In this document: one piece after another, positions 30,348 through 40,065 of the stretch | Numbering within the stretch: the stretch's first letter is position 1 | How the letters are laid out: each line of letters begins with the position of its first letter | Program-made: the position numbers and the translations under genes | Source: Desulfobacterales bacterium | Lineage (GTDB): Bacteria > Desulfobacterota > Desulfobacteria > Desulfobacterales > UBA5852 | Assembly (NCBI GenBank): GCA_963674755.2 | Contig: CAXXVS010000003.1 | Span: 1,376,001 to 1,440,000 of the forward strand | Direction of reading: 5' to 3' | Length of the DNA: 64,000 bases | The notes under the pieces: generated by a model | Databases searched by the model: none | The model's input: the letters and a program-made list of their open reading frames with translations, nothing else | What the model was told of the DNA's origin: nothing

Positions 30348-32248
30348 AGGGCACCTCCCATCATCAGTACCAGCAACGCCACGGCCACGTTGTTGACCCA
30401 GAAGGTCAGGCGCTCTTCCCCGAAGAGCCGGGTCAGATAGTAGTTGCCGGTTTCGATCCGGACGATCCGGTTCATGGGGCCGCGGAAGGTTTCGTCGTCC
30501 GGTCCGCCGCTGTGGAGCCCGGACATGTACATGGGGGCCACGTGACGGGCGCGGGTCTTCTGGGCCTGCTTCAGGGCGGCCACGAAGCCCAGGGCCAGGA
30601 TGATGAAGATGGGGATGACGGTAAACCCGCCGATGGGGCTGTCGAGGCTTCCGAAGCTCACCTGATACGGCGCAAAAGCCAGCATAGGGCGCACCAGCAG
30701 GCTGTAAATCCAGGGCAGGACCAGGCTGAAGAGGACCGCGCCGCCGGCCAGCACGTTCAAGGGCCCGATGGTGAAGGCGGACATGGGCTCCGGCGTGAGC
30801 CCCTTTTTGTAGGAGGCACTCATCAGGATACCCGCCCAGCGGCCCCAGACCACGAACCCCAGGGCACTGCCCATGGCGATCATCCCCACCGCGGGCAGGT
30901 TGTTGGAGGCGGCCTCGATAGCCATCCATTTGCTGATCAGCACGCCGAAGGGCGGCAGCAGCATGGTCATGATGCCGATCACGGTGATGACCGCGATGCG
31001 GGGCTTGATGGCGAACAGCCCCCGCATATCCTCGATGTCGCGGCTGCCGATCTCCTGTTCGATGGTGCCGACGCACAGAAACAGCAGGGCCTTGGAGACG
31101 GCGTGGAAGATGATCAGCAGGATGCCGGCCGTGAGCGCGGTGGGCGTGTTGATGCCGGCGCAGGCGATGATCAGGCCCAGGTTGGAAATGGTGGAATAGG
31201 CCAGGATCTTCTTGGCGTTGCGCTGGCCCAGGGCCAGGGCGATGGTTACCAGGAAGGTGAAGGCCCCCACGATGGCCAGCCCCTGGCTGAAAAAGGTACC
31301 GGCAAAGACAGGTGCAAAGCGGAAGATGACGTAGACGCCGGCCTTGACCATGGTACTCGAGTGCAGCAGGGCGCTGACCGGGGTGGGCGCCACCATGGCG
31401 CCCAACAGCCAGCTCTGGAAGGGCACCTGGGCCGACTTGGTGAACCCGGCCAGGCAGAACAGGGCCATGGGCACCAGCAGGGCGGCGGCCGGGCCGGCGG
31501 CCACGATCTGCTGGATGTCGGTGGTGCCGGTGATCTGGTGGACGCCGATCATGCCGGCGACAAAGGCCACGCCGCCCAGGGCGTTCATCCACAGGGCCCG
31601 CAGCGCGTTTTGGACGGCCAATTCGGTGCCGTCATGGCCGATCAGCAGGAAGGAGCACAGGGTGGTGACCTCGAAAAAGAAGTAGAGCCAGACGATGTCA
31701 TTGGAAAGTGCCAGCCCGTTCATGGCGCCCAGGAAAGCCAGCAGCAGGAAGAAAAAGCGTGGCTGTCGGGAGTGAGCCGGCTTCTGGTGATCTTCGTGGC
31801 GCTGCATGTAGGGCAGGGCGAACACACAGATCAGCGATCCCACGATGGAGACTATCAGGGTGATGATAAGCGAAAGGTTGTCGCCGTAGAAGCCGGCCGC
31901 CGGAGCTTTGTGATCGATCAGAAAGAGTTCGAAGAACATCAGGGGCAGGGCCTGCAGGGCCACCAGGACCATGATGAGTTTATGGCGGTGCCGGCGAGCG
32001 ATCTGGAACATGATGCCCAGCAAGGCAAAGTCGGCCAGGGAGACGGCCGCATTGATCAGGCCGCCCCAGGGGGCGGGCGGGGTATAGTGGAAGGTGCCGT
32101 GGCCCAGCAGCATCAGGGCCCCTGCGGTCAGTACGGCGCCCGTGACCAGCACGGTAAACGTGCGCACAAAGGCCATCCGCACGCTGAAACAGACCACCCC
32201 GGCGATCAGGGGGACTCCGATGCACATGAAGAGCAGCAAGGAGGGCAT
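30344..32248 (-). CDS. echA: Ech hydrogenase antiporter-like subunit A (NuoL-like)
   Basis: FFEVTTLCS, TKSAQVPF, AMVAPTPVSALLHSSTMVKAG, LAYSTISNLG. Confidence 0.95.
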   Translation of the reverse strand: MPSLLLFMCIGVPLIAGVVCFSVRMAFVRTFTVLVTGAVLTAGALMLLGHGTFHYTPPAPWGGLINAAVSLADFALLGIMFQIARRHRHKLIMVLVALQALPLMFFELFLIDHKAPAAGFYGDNLSLIITLIVSIVGSLICVFALPYMQRHEDHQKPAHSRQPRFFFLLLAFLGAMNGLALSNDIVWLYFFFEVTTLCSFLLIGHDGTELAVQNALRALWMNALGGVAFVAGMIGVHQITGTTDIQQIVAAGPAAALLVPMALFCLAGFTKSAQVPFQSWLLGAMVAPTPVSALLHSSTMVKAGVYVIFRFAPVFAGTFFSQGLAIVGAFTFLVTIALALGQRNAKKILAYSTISNLGLIIACAGINTPTALTAGILLIIFHAVSKALLFLCVGTIEQEIGSRDIEDMRGLFAIKPRIAVITVIGIMTMLLPPFGVLISKWMAIEAASNNLPAVGMIAMGSALGFVVWGRWAGILMSASYKKGLTPEPMSAFTIGPLNVLAGGAVLFSLVLPWIYSLLVRPMLAFAPYQVSFGSLDSPIGGFTVIPIFIILALGFVAALKQAQKTRARHVAPMYMSGLHSGGPDDETFRGPMNRIVRIETGNYYLTRLFGEERLTFWVNNVAVALLVLMMGGAL

Positions 32249-32326
32249 GGCGTTACTTTCGTAATCGTTTTCGGATCAAGCGTTGCTATTTAGTGTTCTT
32301 CAAAAGATGCCATTTATGGATGAACA

Positions 32327-32725
32327 CTATTTAAGGATCCGGCGCATCGTCGTTTCGCTGATGGTCTTGCCGGTCAACGCCGCGAACTTGTTTTTCACGG
32401 TGCGGCTGGAATGGGGATAACGCCGCACCAGGCGGCGCACCAGCTCGCGTTCGGCTTCGCCAATGATCCGGGGTGCGCCGCTGCGCGGGCGGTCCTGCAA
32501 TCCCTTGAAGCCGTCTTTCTCCCAGCGGTCGATCCAGCCGGATACCGTGTCGCGGCTGACATCGTAAAAGGCGGCGATCACGTCGATGGCCATCCTGCGG
32601 TGGCTCAGCAGGATGCTGTGGGCCCGCATCCGCACCCGCGCCGAAGGGTCCTGCTTCATCCGCTGTTCCAGTTCGGCGATGGTTTGTTCCGAAAGGGGCG
32701 ACACAAATTTTCGGGGGTGATGCAC
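32327..32725 (-). CDS. Helix-turn-helix protein resembling the N-terminal DNA-binding part of IS630 transposases (no DDE domain)
   Basis: RMRAHSILLS, VSRDTVSGWIDRW, GLQDRPRSGAP, ISETTMRRILK. Confidence 0.65.
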   Translation of the reverse strand: MHHPRKFVSPLSEQTIAELEQRMKQDPSARVRMRAHSILLSHRRMAIDVIAAFYDVSRDTVSGWIDRWEKDGFKGLQDRPRSGAPRIIGEAERELVRRLVRRYPHSSRTVKNKFAALTGKTISETTMRRILK

Positions 32726-33376
32726 AACCGCGTCCTGACCGCTTTCCAGCCGATTTCCGTGTTTTCCCGGGGAGATAAGAATCGCGATCCATATCTCATT
32801 TTGAAGGTTGTCCGGGAAAACTTGTGGCAGGGGTACTACAAGGGGTGTGCCAGGGGCTTGGGCCGCCAATTGTGGAGACAGGTTAACTGCTTAAAATGGA
32901 TCGTTAAATATTTTTTGGATGACCATCTGAAAGGCAGTTCGGAAAATCAAGAATGGGACCGTCTCTGCGACATAAATGGCGTACAATAAGGTGTCGTATA
33001 ACAATATCCATAACAATAATAAACAATTACCAAGTGTTACCGTATGGGGCGCGATATGCGACAGATATGACGTATCATTTTATTCAGCCATTCACATGCC
33101 TTGTGGTTGGGGATATCTCTATCGGCGGGAAAGATTCGCGGACGCACAGATAGTTGTGCAGTGCGTTGCCTGAACTGTGCGCCGGCCGTTCTGCGGATTG
33201 CCGTACGTTAGGATAAGCCACTCCTCCATATCCAAAAAGCAGTTCTATTTCAACCTCTTATGATCGGGTGGGTCACCTGAAGGCATTGAGCTCGGATTGG
33301 CATGAAAAATGCCAATATCTGTTAGAGCGGCAATTGTGAACGACAACCACTGGCCCTGACCCTTACCGCATCCGAT

Positions 33377-33616
33377 ATGAAACCTGCCCCTGCTCAAAAG
33401 CCGAAACTTCTCGACCGGCTGCGCGAAGCGATCCATAAAAAAGTAGGCTGTCACACCTTGCGGCACTCCTTTGCAACCCACCTGATCGAGCAAGGATACG
33501 ACATTCGGACGGTTCAGGAGCTTTTAGGGCACAAAAGCATCAAGACCACCCAGATTTACACGCACGTTCTTAACCGAGGGGGACAAGGGGTTGTGAGTCC
33601 CGCCGACAGTCTTTAG
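33377..33616 (+). pseudogene. intI: Integron integrase with a large internal deletion
   Basis: IntI-type N-terminus [12 protein letters not shown] fused in frame to the C-terminus [49 protein letters not shown]; 79 aa versus about 320-450 aa for intact IntI. Confidence 0.88.
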
Positions 33617-33968
33617 CGGTACCCGATCAGGGGGCTGGTCGAGTATAAGGATATCATTGAAATTCAACCTCTTTCCTGTTATATAGTAAAACGTTTGCCC
33701 TCAAATTAAGCCGGTCAATCCTGCCTTGCCGCGCCAGCGGTTGTTGATTGAAGAGAAAAGTACCGTCGAAGGCGTTTGCCCGAAGCTCGGTGCTATAGGT
33801 CGGTGGCATGTAAACCTGTCCGTTGGTTGTGCCCATCGAGATATCCATCCGATTATGATTCGGGATGGATAGGATGATGCTCCCCCGGCGTCAAACAGGT
33901 TTACGGTCCCCCCACCCCCAACCCGGGTTTTCTGTTATGAAATTATATGATTCAGCGCATTACTAACG

Positions 33969-34148
33969 GGATGGTTAGGCGTCATTTCATGACATATAAC
34001 CAGCTGCGCCGAAATGCGCCGATTGGTAGCATAACAATCTGTATTAATTGGGTTTAAAATTTATAATCTTATAGAAAATTGAGGATGGTTAGGCGTCAAA
34101 AGGTGACGCATTTACTAAAATCATTAGGACATCTAATCTATGTTGGGC
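33969..34148 (+). other. attI-like region
   Basis: 16-bp direct repeat GGATGGTTAGGCGTCA (33969, 34083). Crossover core GTTGGGC at 34142 is complementary to R'' GCCCAAC of the first attC. Confidence 0.65.
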
Positions 34149-34163
34149 TTTTGATCTGAAGTT

Positions 34164-34664
34164 ATGAAATCATTGATTGCCACGCTATCGATTATTGTTT
34201 CGTTTTTAATTTTCATTTGTCCAGCACTAGCTGAACAAGTCGATCATTCGGGGATAATCGGCCATGAATATCAAGCTAAAACCCCTCTTAAGGCGGGTGA
34301 TATTGGTCCTGATGGAAACCTTGTTATTTATTCATGGCGTGACAGATACAGAACTCTTGATGGCAATTACGGACTTATGATCTGGTATAATCAATATCAA
34401 GAGAGTTCTGTGCCTGAATATGAATTATTTAATCAAGCCCAAAAGACTATTGATAGAACAAAAAATTTATCGGAATTCCTTAAATTGTTGTCACAAATAC
34501 CAAAAGGGGCTTCGGTATACTTTTATGATTTATGTTCTGCCGGTTCGCACTATGGGCTCGATCACAAGATACTAAAAAGGGTAAAAGAGCACATAAAGAA
34601 TCAAGGTGCCCAATTGTTTGATCCTGGCAATGGAGGATATGTAATCTGTACTTGCCCATTTTAA
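34164..34664 (+). CDS. Cassette: secreted hypothetical protein
   Basis: Signal peptide ending ALA; bounded by attI-like site and attC. Confidence 0.8.
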   Translation: MKSLIATLSIIVSFLIFICPALAEQVDHSGIIGHEYQAKTPLKAGDIGPDGNLVIYSWRDRYRTLDGNYGLMIWYNQYQESSVPEYELFNQAQKTIDRTKNLSEFLKLLSQIPKGASVYFYDLCSAGSHYGLDHKILKRVKEHIKNQGAQLFDPGNGGYVICTCPF

Positions 34665-34678
34665 ATTAGATATTTGAG

Positions 34679-34739
34679 GCCCAACCAGTTACTGGTAGGG
34701 ACGGCGAAGACCATGCCGCCCCACAGCACAGCGTTCGGC
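34679..34739 (+). other. attC site 1
   Basis: GCCCAAC...GTTCGGC, 61 bp, internal hairpin. Confidence 0.88.
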
Positions 34740-34759
34740 TTCTTTTGAAGGAATAGGTT

Positions 34760-37048
34760 ATGAAAACAATTGAAAGCGGCAAGACGCGACTCCTCTTCCT
34801 CATTATTTATATTGGGCTACTTTTCGTAGCGAACCGAATAGCATTCAACTCTTGGGTACCCACTAGAGACGAAAACAGCCTTTGGTTTGGAGCTGGTGTT
34901 CTTAGCCTACTCTTAAGCAGCTTTCTCGTTACACCTTACTTCGAGCGACCTGCGAATCACATTGCCTCAGCCGCTGCGGCCTTCGTTGCATGCTGGTTTG
35001 CGTTTGATTGGCCTTCGTTTAAAGATGCTGAATCATTCATAGCTGGTGCTGTTCTGGTTTACCTAACTCTTGTAATAATCTTATCAGCATGTGCCTTGTT
35101 GCTTCGATCTCGGATGGAAGGAGCAGGACTTCGAGTTGGTACAATCGCTAAGGAGTTTTCTGACCAATTCGGTAACGATAGAATACTCTTCAGTATAGTA
35201 ATTATTAGTGCTGTTGGTTTATACCATCGTGATAATGCATTGCAGGTTTTCACGATACTATCTGTACTGATCTTTATAGTCTTGCTTCGTCCAGAAAATC
35301 ACTTCATTGTATTCTTAAAAAGAATTAGCGCTATCTGGAAAAGTAGGGAGGTTTCAGGCATTGCTGGAGAGATTGCTGGTTTTGATGAGCCAGGCATTGT
35401 TTTGATACGCCAGCCCGCTAAGAATTCAAAATTCGGCGACTATCTTCTGATCAATGATATTGGGACAAAACCTCAGCTTTCACAAGTTCTAGGGTATTTT
35501 GGAAGGGATTCCGGCATGCTTTTGCGGGCAAAGCTGCTTGAGCTACCTATCCATGCGCAGAATACGGTAGAACTATTTGCAAAGACCATTCCTCCGGGAT
35601 GCGCTGCGAGAATTCTACCCGATGGAGATCTTAAAAGGATTCTGGACGAAGAAACATACGCCCAAAGGGCAGATAAGCTTGCGGGTTTGGTCGCTGAAAA
35701 TACATCTATAAATAAACTATACGTTGAAGTCATAAAAGAAACCACTGTAAGTGAAGGTGCAGTTTTGGAAGCATCAATCAAAGGGACTCCAGTTTTATAC
35801 CAGATTACTGATGGACTGACTCGCGAGGAAATAGTTTTCCATCGAAACACGCGAGGTTTCGCTCGTGCCGAGGCCCGTAAGATAGGTCGTTGGGACTCCA
35901 ATAAAGGAAGTTTTAAACTGGTCAAATGGATCCCTGCAATGCACTCACCAGTTTTTCAAAGCGTAGGTCCATTTGAAGAAATAGACGAGACAGCAGTAGG
36001 TTGCCTTCCCTCTACAAAGTATCCGATCAGGATAAAGAATATCCACGAGCTTGTTACTCACAACACTGCAATTCTTGGAATTTTAGGTGTTGGGAAATCA
36101 TTCCTCGCTATTGAACTTATCGAGCGCATGTTTGCAGATTGTGTTAAGGTAGTCTGCCTTGATTTAACCAATCAATATGCCCAAGAGCTTGCTCCTTTCT
36201 ATGATTCTGAAGGTGAGGCTAAGTGCCTTGAAAAGATTCGACTCGCTGCTAATAAAGATCGTAATAAAGTGGAAGATTCAAAGGTTAAAGGAGGCAGCTT
36301 TGAAAATCTCAAAACAGCTATTTATGAGGATCTCGCTGCTTTCCTATATGAAAACTGCGAGTCAATGCTTAAAATCTATAATCCAGCCCAACTAAATGCC
36401 TCCATTCAGGCTGGTGACCTGCGCAACAAGAAGATTGGACCCGGTCCAAATGATTGGGCTCAGGTAGCAGCTTTCCGGGAAACCACACCAGCTGAGATTA
36501 CGCGTATGGTTACTGAATCATGCTTAGCACTCTCCCAAGATAAAATGCGCGATACAGCAAATGTTTGTCTTGTATTCGAAGAAGCCCATTCGCTAGTTCC
36601 CGAGTTTAACAACCTTACTGTCGATTCGGATAAACATGCCGTAGCAGGAACGGCTAGAGCAATATTGCAAGGTCGCAAGTATGGCTTAGGCTGTCTTTTG
36701 ATCTCCCAAAGAACTGCAAATGTAACCAAAACAATATTAAATCAGTGCAACACAGTATTGGCTTTTCGCACGTTTGATGACACGGGCATGGCCTTTCTTG
36801 AAAATTATTTGGGCACTGATTATGCACATGTACTACCAAGCCTTGAAGAAAGGCACGTTGTTTTTTTTGGGAAGGCCTCCAGCTGTGAAAATCCAGTCTT
36901 GATGAAGGTCAATGATCGAAATGATTTTGTCGCCCGATTTCGCGCCAAACACCCCCCACCGGACAATCCTCCAGTTGCATGCATCCCAGGAGTCATAGAC
37001 GAAGTTCAGGTAAAAGAAGAAGAGGAAGATGATGATATCCCCTTCTAA
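34760..37048 (+). CDS. Cassette: membrane-anchored HerA/FtsK-like (DUF87) ATPase
   Basis: About 6 N-terminal TM helices; Walker A GILGVGKS; Walker B LVFEEAH; GRKYG..ISQR; C-terminus EEEEDDDIPF. Confidence 0.85.
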   Translation: MKTIESGKTRLLFLIIYIGLLFVANRIAFNSWVPTRDENSLWFGAGVLSLLLSSFLVTPYFERPANHIASAAAAFVACWFAFDWPSFKDAESFIAGAVLVYLTLVIILSACALLLRSRMEGAGLRVGTIAKEFSDQFGNDRILFSIVIISAVGLYHRDNALQVFTILSVLIFIVLLRPENHFIVFLKRISAIWKSREVSGIAGEIAGFDEPGIVLIRQPAKNSKFGDYLLINDIGTKPQLSQVLGYFGRDSGMLLRAKLLELPIHAQNTVELFAKTIPPGCAARILPDGDLKRILDEETYAQRADKLAGLVAENTSINKLYVEVIKETTVSEGAVLEASIKGTPVLYQITDGLTREEIVFHRNTRGFARAEARKIGRWDSNKGSFKLVKWIPAMHSPVFQSVGPFEEIDETAVGCLPSTKYPIRIKNIHELVTHNTAILGILGVGKSFLAIELIERMFADCVKVVCLDLTNQYAQELAPFYDSEGEAKCLEKIRLAANKDRNKVEDSKVKGGSFENLKTAIYEDLAAFLYENCESMLKIYNPAQLNASIQAGDLRNKKIGPGPNDWAQVAAFRETTPAEITRMVTESCLALSQDKMRDTANVCLVFEEAHSLVPEFNNLTVDSDKHAVAGTARAILQGRKYGLGCLLISQRTANVTKTILNQCNTVLAFRTFDDTGMAFLENYLGTDYAHVLPSLEERHVVFFGKASSCENPVLMKVNDRNDFVARFRAKHPPPDNPPVACIPGVIDEVQVKEEEEDDDIPF

Positions 37049-37163
37049 TAATGTCAAGCGAATCGCTGATTAATTTATATAAAAAGAGTGGGTTCTGAAA
37101 AAATAATTAAAAATGTACTGAGTTTTTTAGATAGAATGCTCTTAAATATGAAGCAATAACTTT

Positions 37164-37223
37164 GCCGAACCACAAAATGCACAGGACGCAAAACAGCATG
37201 CGCCTGTGATTTTAGCGTTCGGC
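37164..37223 (+). other. attC site 2
   Basis: GCCGAAC...GTTCGGC, 60 bp; R'' complementary to the cassette's starting core GTTCGGC; arms CACAGG/CCTGTG. Confidence 0.9.
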
Positions 37224-37401
37224 GACACTTGAGCACTTGAAGTCGTAGTTTGAATTACCTCGACATTCAATAATTAACGTTCGGAAATATTGCTAAACCG
37301 TACATTCAGCACCCTAAATAAAGAACGGTTACCCATTTTTCTGGCGGCTATGGAACAGTGAATGCGTCGGCGGTTACCCCCAGGGCTGTCAAGTACTCCT
37401 G

Positions 37402-37800
37402 TTGAAACGGTTTCAATGGTTTTGCCAACTGGCGGTGCCGGCCAATCGTAATGAACTAATAACCTTTAATCGGGACAACATCGCTCCAAACTCGATCATC
37501 GCAACGGATCGATGGGCCAGCTATAATGACATTGGCAAAGAACAATATCTACATGAAAGGACCGATCTCAGTAAAAGCAAAGATTACGACAAACTCTATG
37601 GTGCCCATCTGGTCATGATATTAGTCAAACGCCTAATCAGAGGCACTTTCCAGGGACGCTTCGAACCGAAATACCTTCAGAATTACCTGGACGAGTATGT
37701 ATTTCGGTTCAACTGCCGAAAGTCACGGAACATCGGGAAGAAATTCATTCGTATCGTTCAACAGGCGTTAACGTCTATCCCTATTGCCCGGGGCTATTGA
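37402..37800 (+). pseudogene. IS1595 (ISXO2-like) transposase C-terminal remnant
   Basis: IATDRWASY, LVKRLIRGTF, YLQNYLDEYVFRFN; N-terminus absent. Confidence 0.78.
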
Positions 37801-37922
37801 TACAATTTCAGAAGCACTCGTTGTCACTTGAGCTTGATAGAGAACCGGGTATTGTTATTAGATTTTATAAGATATTGATTAAAAAGATGTTCACTATAAT
37901 TTTTATGAATTATATCTACTTA

Positions 37923-39619
37923 GGGCCTCCTGAATAACAAATAAGTCATTGAATAAATTATCAATATATGTCATAAATATTCGGAAAAGTGAAAAGCAAT
38001 CCCCTTCATTTTACCCAAAACCCTTGCACTTTTTCCGGACTTTCCCATGTATCGACACAATCAACGGCAATTGGAATTCGAAGATTTCGCCCTGCCTTTC
38101 GACGGTCGGCTGCGCAGCGACAATCGCTGGGTGAAGATGGCTAAGTTCATCCCTTGGGCGGAGTTTGAAAAAGCCTACCGCAAAAGCTTTAGAAATTCAC
38201 GTTTGGGGCCACCGGCCAAATCAGTGCGGGTGGCCTTAGGCGCGCTGATCATCAAAGAGCGGTTGGGCACCAGCGACGAGGAAACCGTGGAGCAGATCCG
38301 GGAGAATCCGTATCTGCAGTACTTTCTGGGCTACAAGGCTTACCGGGACGAGAAACCGTTCGATCCGTCGCTGTTCGTTTACTTCAGAAAACGCTTCGGA
38401 AAGAAGCGCTTCGCCAAGATCAACGAAAGGATTGCCGGCAAGGCCCTCGAATCCGAAAAGAAAGCAGCGCCATCCAAGGACTCTGATGACGATAATGATC
38501 CGGCAGGAGGGGCCTCAGATAATCGTGGCAAGCTGCTTGTGGATGCCACCTGCACGCCGGCGGACATTACCTTTCCAACCGATCTGAAAATGCTGAACAC
38601 GACCCGCGAGAAAAGCGAAGAAATCATCGATATCCTGCACAAGCCACTCAAGGGAAAACAGAACAAGCCGCGCACTTACCGTAAAGTGGCCCGCAAAGCG
38701 TTTCTTGCCGCCGCCAAGAGCAAACGTTTATCAAAGAACAAGATGAGAAAGGCGCTGCGAAAGCAGTTAGGCTATCTTAAACGTAACCTGAAGACGATTG
38801 AGAAATTGTCCCGTCAAACGCCACTTACGGTTCTCAAGCCGCGCCATTACAAGAACCTGCTGGTCATCCATGAAGTCTATCGCCAGCAGCAATGGCTTTA
38901 TGATCACCGTGAGACTCGAATCGATGATCGCATCGTGAGCGTCTCACAGCCCCACGTCCGACCTATCAAGCGCGGAAAGGCCGGAGCGGCCACTGAGTTT
39001 GGAGCCAAGATATCGGCCAGTCTGATTGACGGCTTCTCCTTTGTGGATCGCATCAGTTGGGATGCCTTCAACGAGTCCGGCGATCTGATCGATCAGATCG
39101 AGGCGTACCGCACACGTTTTGGCCATTATCCGGAATCGGTCCACGCCGATACGATCTACCGCACCCGGGACAACCGCAAGTTTTGCAAGAAGCACGGCAT
39201 TCGGCTTTCCGGTCCGCCATTGGGCCGGCCACCGGCTGATGTCACAAAGCGACAGGCTATCGCCAAGCAAGCCCGCCAAGACGAGTTGGATCGGATACCG
39301 ATCGAAGGCAAATTCGGGCAAGGCAAGCGGCGCTTCAGCCTATCTCGGATCATGTGCAAGCTCGATATCACCTCCGAGGCGGCGATCCTGGTGGCCTTCG
39401 TGGTGATGAATCTGGAGAAGTGGCTCAAGAGCCATTTTTTTGCGCTCTTTTCGTGCCTCACATCTACTATCTGGGCTCCCAGCCGCTGGATTAAGCCTCC
39501 TGCAAGGCGATATTGCCGTATTTGTCTCGGTGGTGACATTGGTCTCGTTGGCTTCTGCAGGCCGTAAAACCTCAGTAGCGATAGGATATACGGCGCAAAA
39601 GACATTATTCAGGAAACCC
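37923..39619 (+). mobile_element. IS5-family insertion sequence with terminal IRs and 6-bp target duplication
   Basis: IRL GGGCCTCCTGAATAAC and IRR (rc) GGGTTTCCTGAATAAT; TACTTA duplicated at 37917-37922 and 39620-39625. Confidence 0.9.
38047..39567 (+). CDS. IS5 family DDE transposase
   Basis: SDEETVEQIRENPYLQYF, LLVDAT, EFGAK, HADTIY, RIPIEGKFG. Confidence 0.92.
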   Translation: MYRHNQRQLEFEDFALPFDGRLRSDNRWVKMAKFIPWAEFEKAYRKSFRNSRLGPPAKSVRVALGALIIKERLGTSDEETVEQIRENPYLQYFLGYKAYRDEKPFDPSLFVYFRKRFGKKRFAKINERIAGKALESEKKAAPSKDSDDDNDPAGGASDNRGKLLVDATCTPADITFPTDLKMLNTTREKSEEIIDILHKPLKGKQNKPRTYRKVARKAFLAAAKSKRLSKNKMRKALRKQLGYLKRNLKTIEKLSRQTPLTVLKPRHYKNLLVIHEVYRQQQWLYDHRETRIDDRIVSVSQPHVRPIKRGKAGAATEFGAKISASLIDGFSFVDRISWDAFNESGDLIDQIEAYRTRFGHYPESVHADTIYRTRDNRKFCKKHGIRLSGPPLGRPPADVTKRQAIAKQARQDELDRIPIEGKFGQGKRRFSLSRIMCKLDITSEAAILVAFVVMNLEKWLKSHFFALFSCLTSTIWAPSRWIKPPARRYCRICLGGDIGLVGFCRP

Positions 39620-39642
39620 TACTTAAACTTTATAAATAATTA

Positions 39643-40065
39643 ATGCATATGAAAGATGGACTAAATATTACAACAATTCTTCTAAGTTTGTCTACCTATA
39701 TCAATCTCATGATTGCTATCCTTATGTGGAGATCGACCAAAGCTACTGAGAGAATAATGAAAAATTCACGAAGACCGATATTTAATGTTGCCTTTGAGGG
39801 AAAAGAAAAAGATAATATTATTGTTGCGGTTTCAAACAAGTCTGATTTTTCGGCTATTGAAATAAGCATAAAATACCATTTATTTTACAAAGCCAAAAGG
39901 TTTTCTATCATAGATTCAGGCAAGAAGGAACGATTTTTAGTGTCTAATAAATTGATGAAAAATAAAACGTATTTTAATATGCTAATTAAGTACTTTAATG
40001 AGGATAGCATAAGATATAAAAGCAAACTTATTCTTAAAATACCTGAAACTTTTAGGAGGTCTTAG
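39643..40065 (+). CDS. Hypothetical protein with N-terminal TM helix
   Basis: Very AT-rich ORF; stop overlaps the next GTG. Confidence 0.6.
   Translation: MHMKDGLNITTILLSLSTYINLMIAILMWRSTKATERIMKNSRRPIFNVAFEGKEKDNIIVAVSNKSDFSAIEISIKYHLFYKAKRFSIIDSGKKERFLVSNKLMKNKTYFNMLIKYFNEDSIRYKSKLILKIPETFRRS

Noticed and set aside
29496..31592. 698-aa ORF suggesting a large EchB fusion
   Set aside because: The extension is an alternate frame inside echA; true EchB starts at GTG 30347.
32998..33027. ATAACAAT-like repeats upstream of ech
   Set aside because: Irregular spacing in AT-rich DNA; cannot assign a regulator.
33200..33376. LexA box upstream of intI
   Set aside because: No convincing SOS-box palindrome found by eye.
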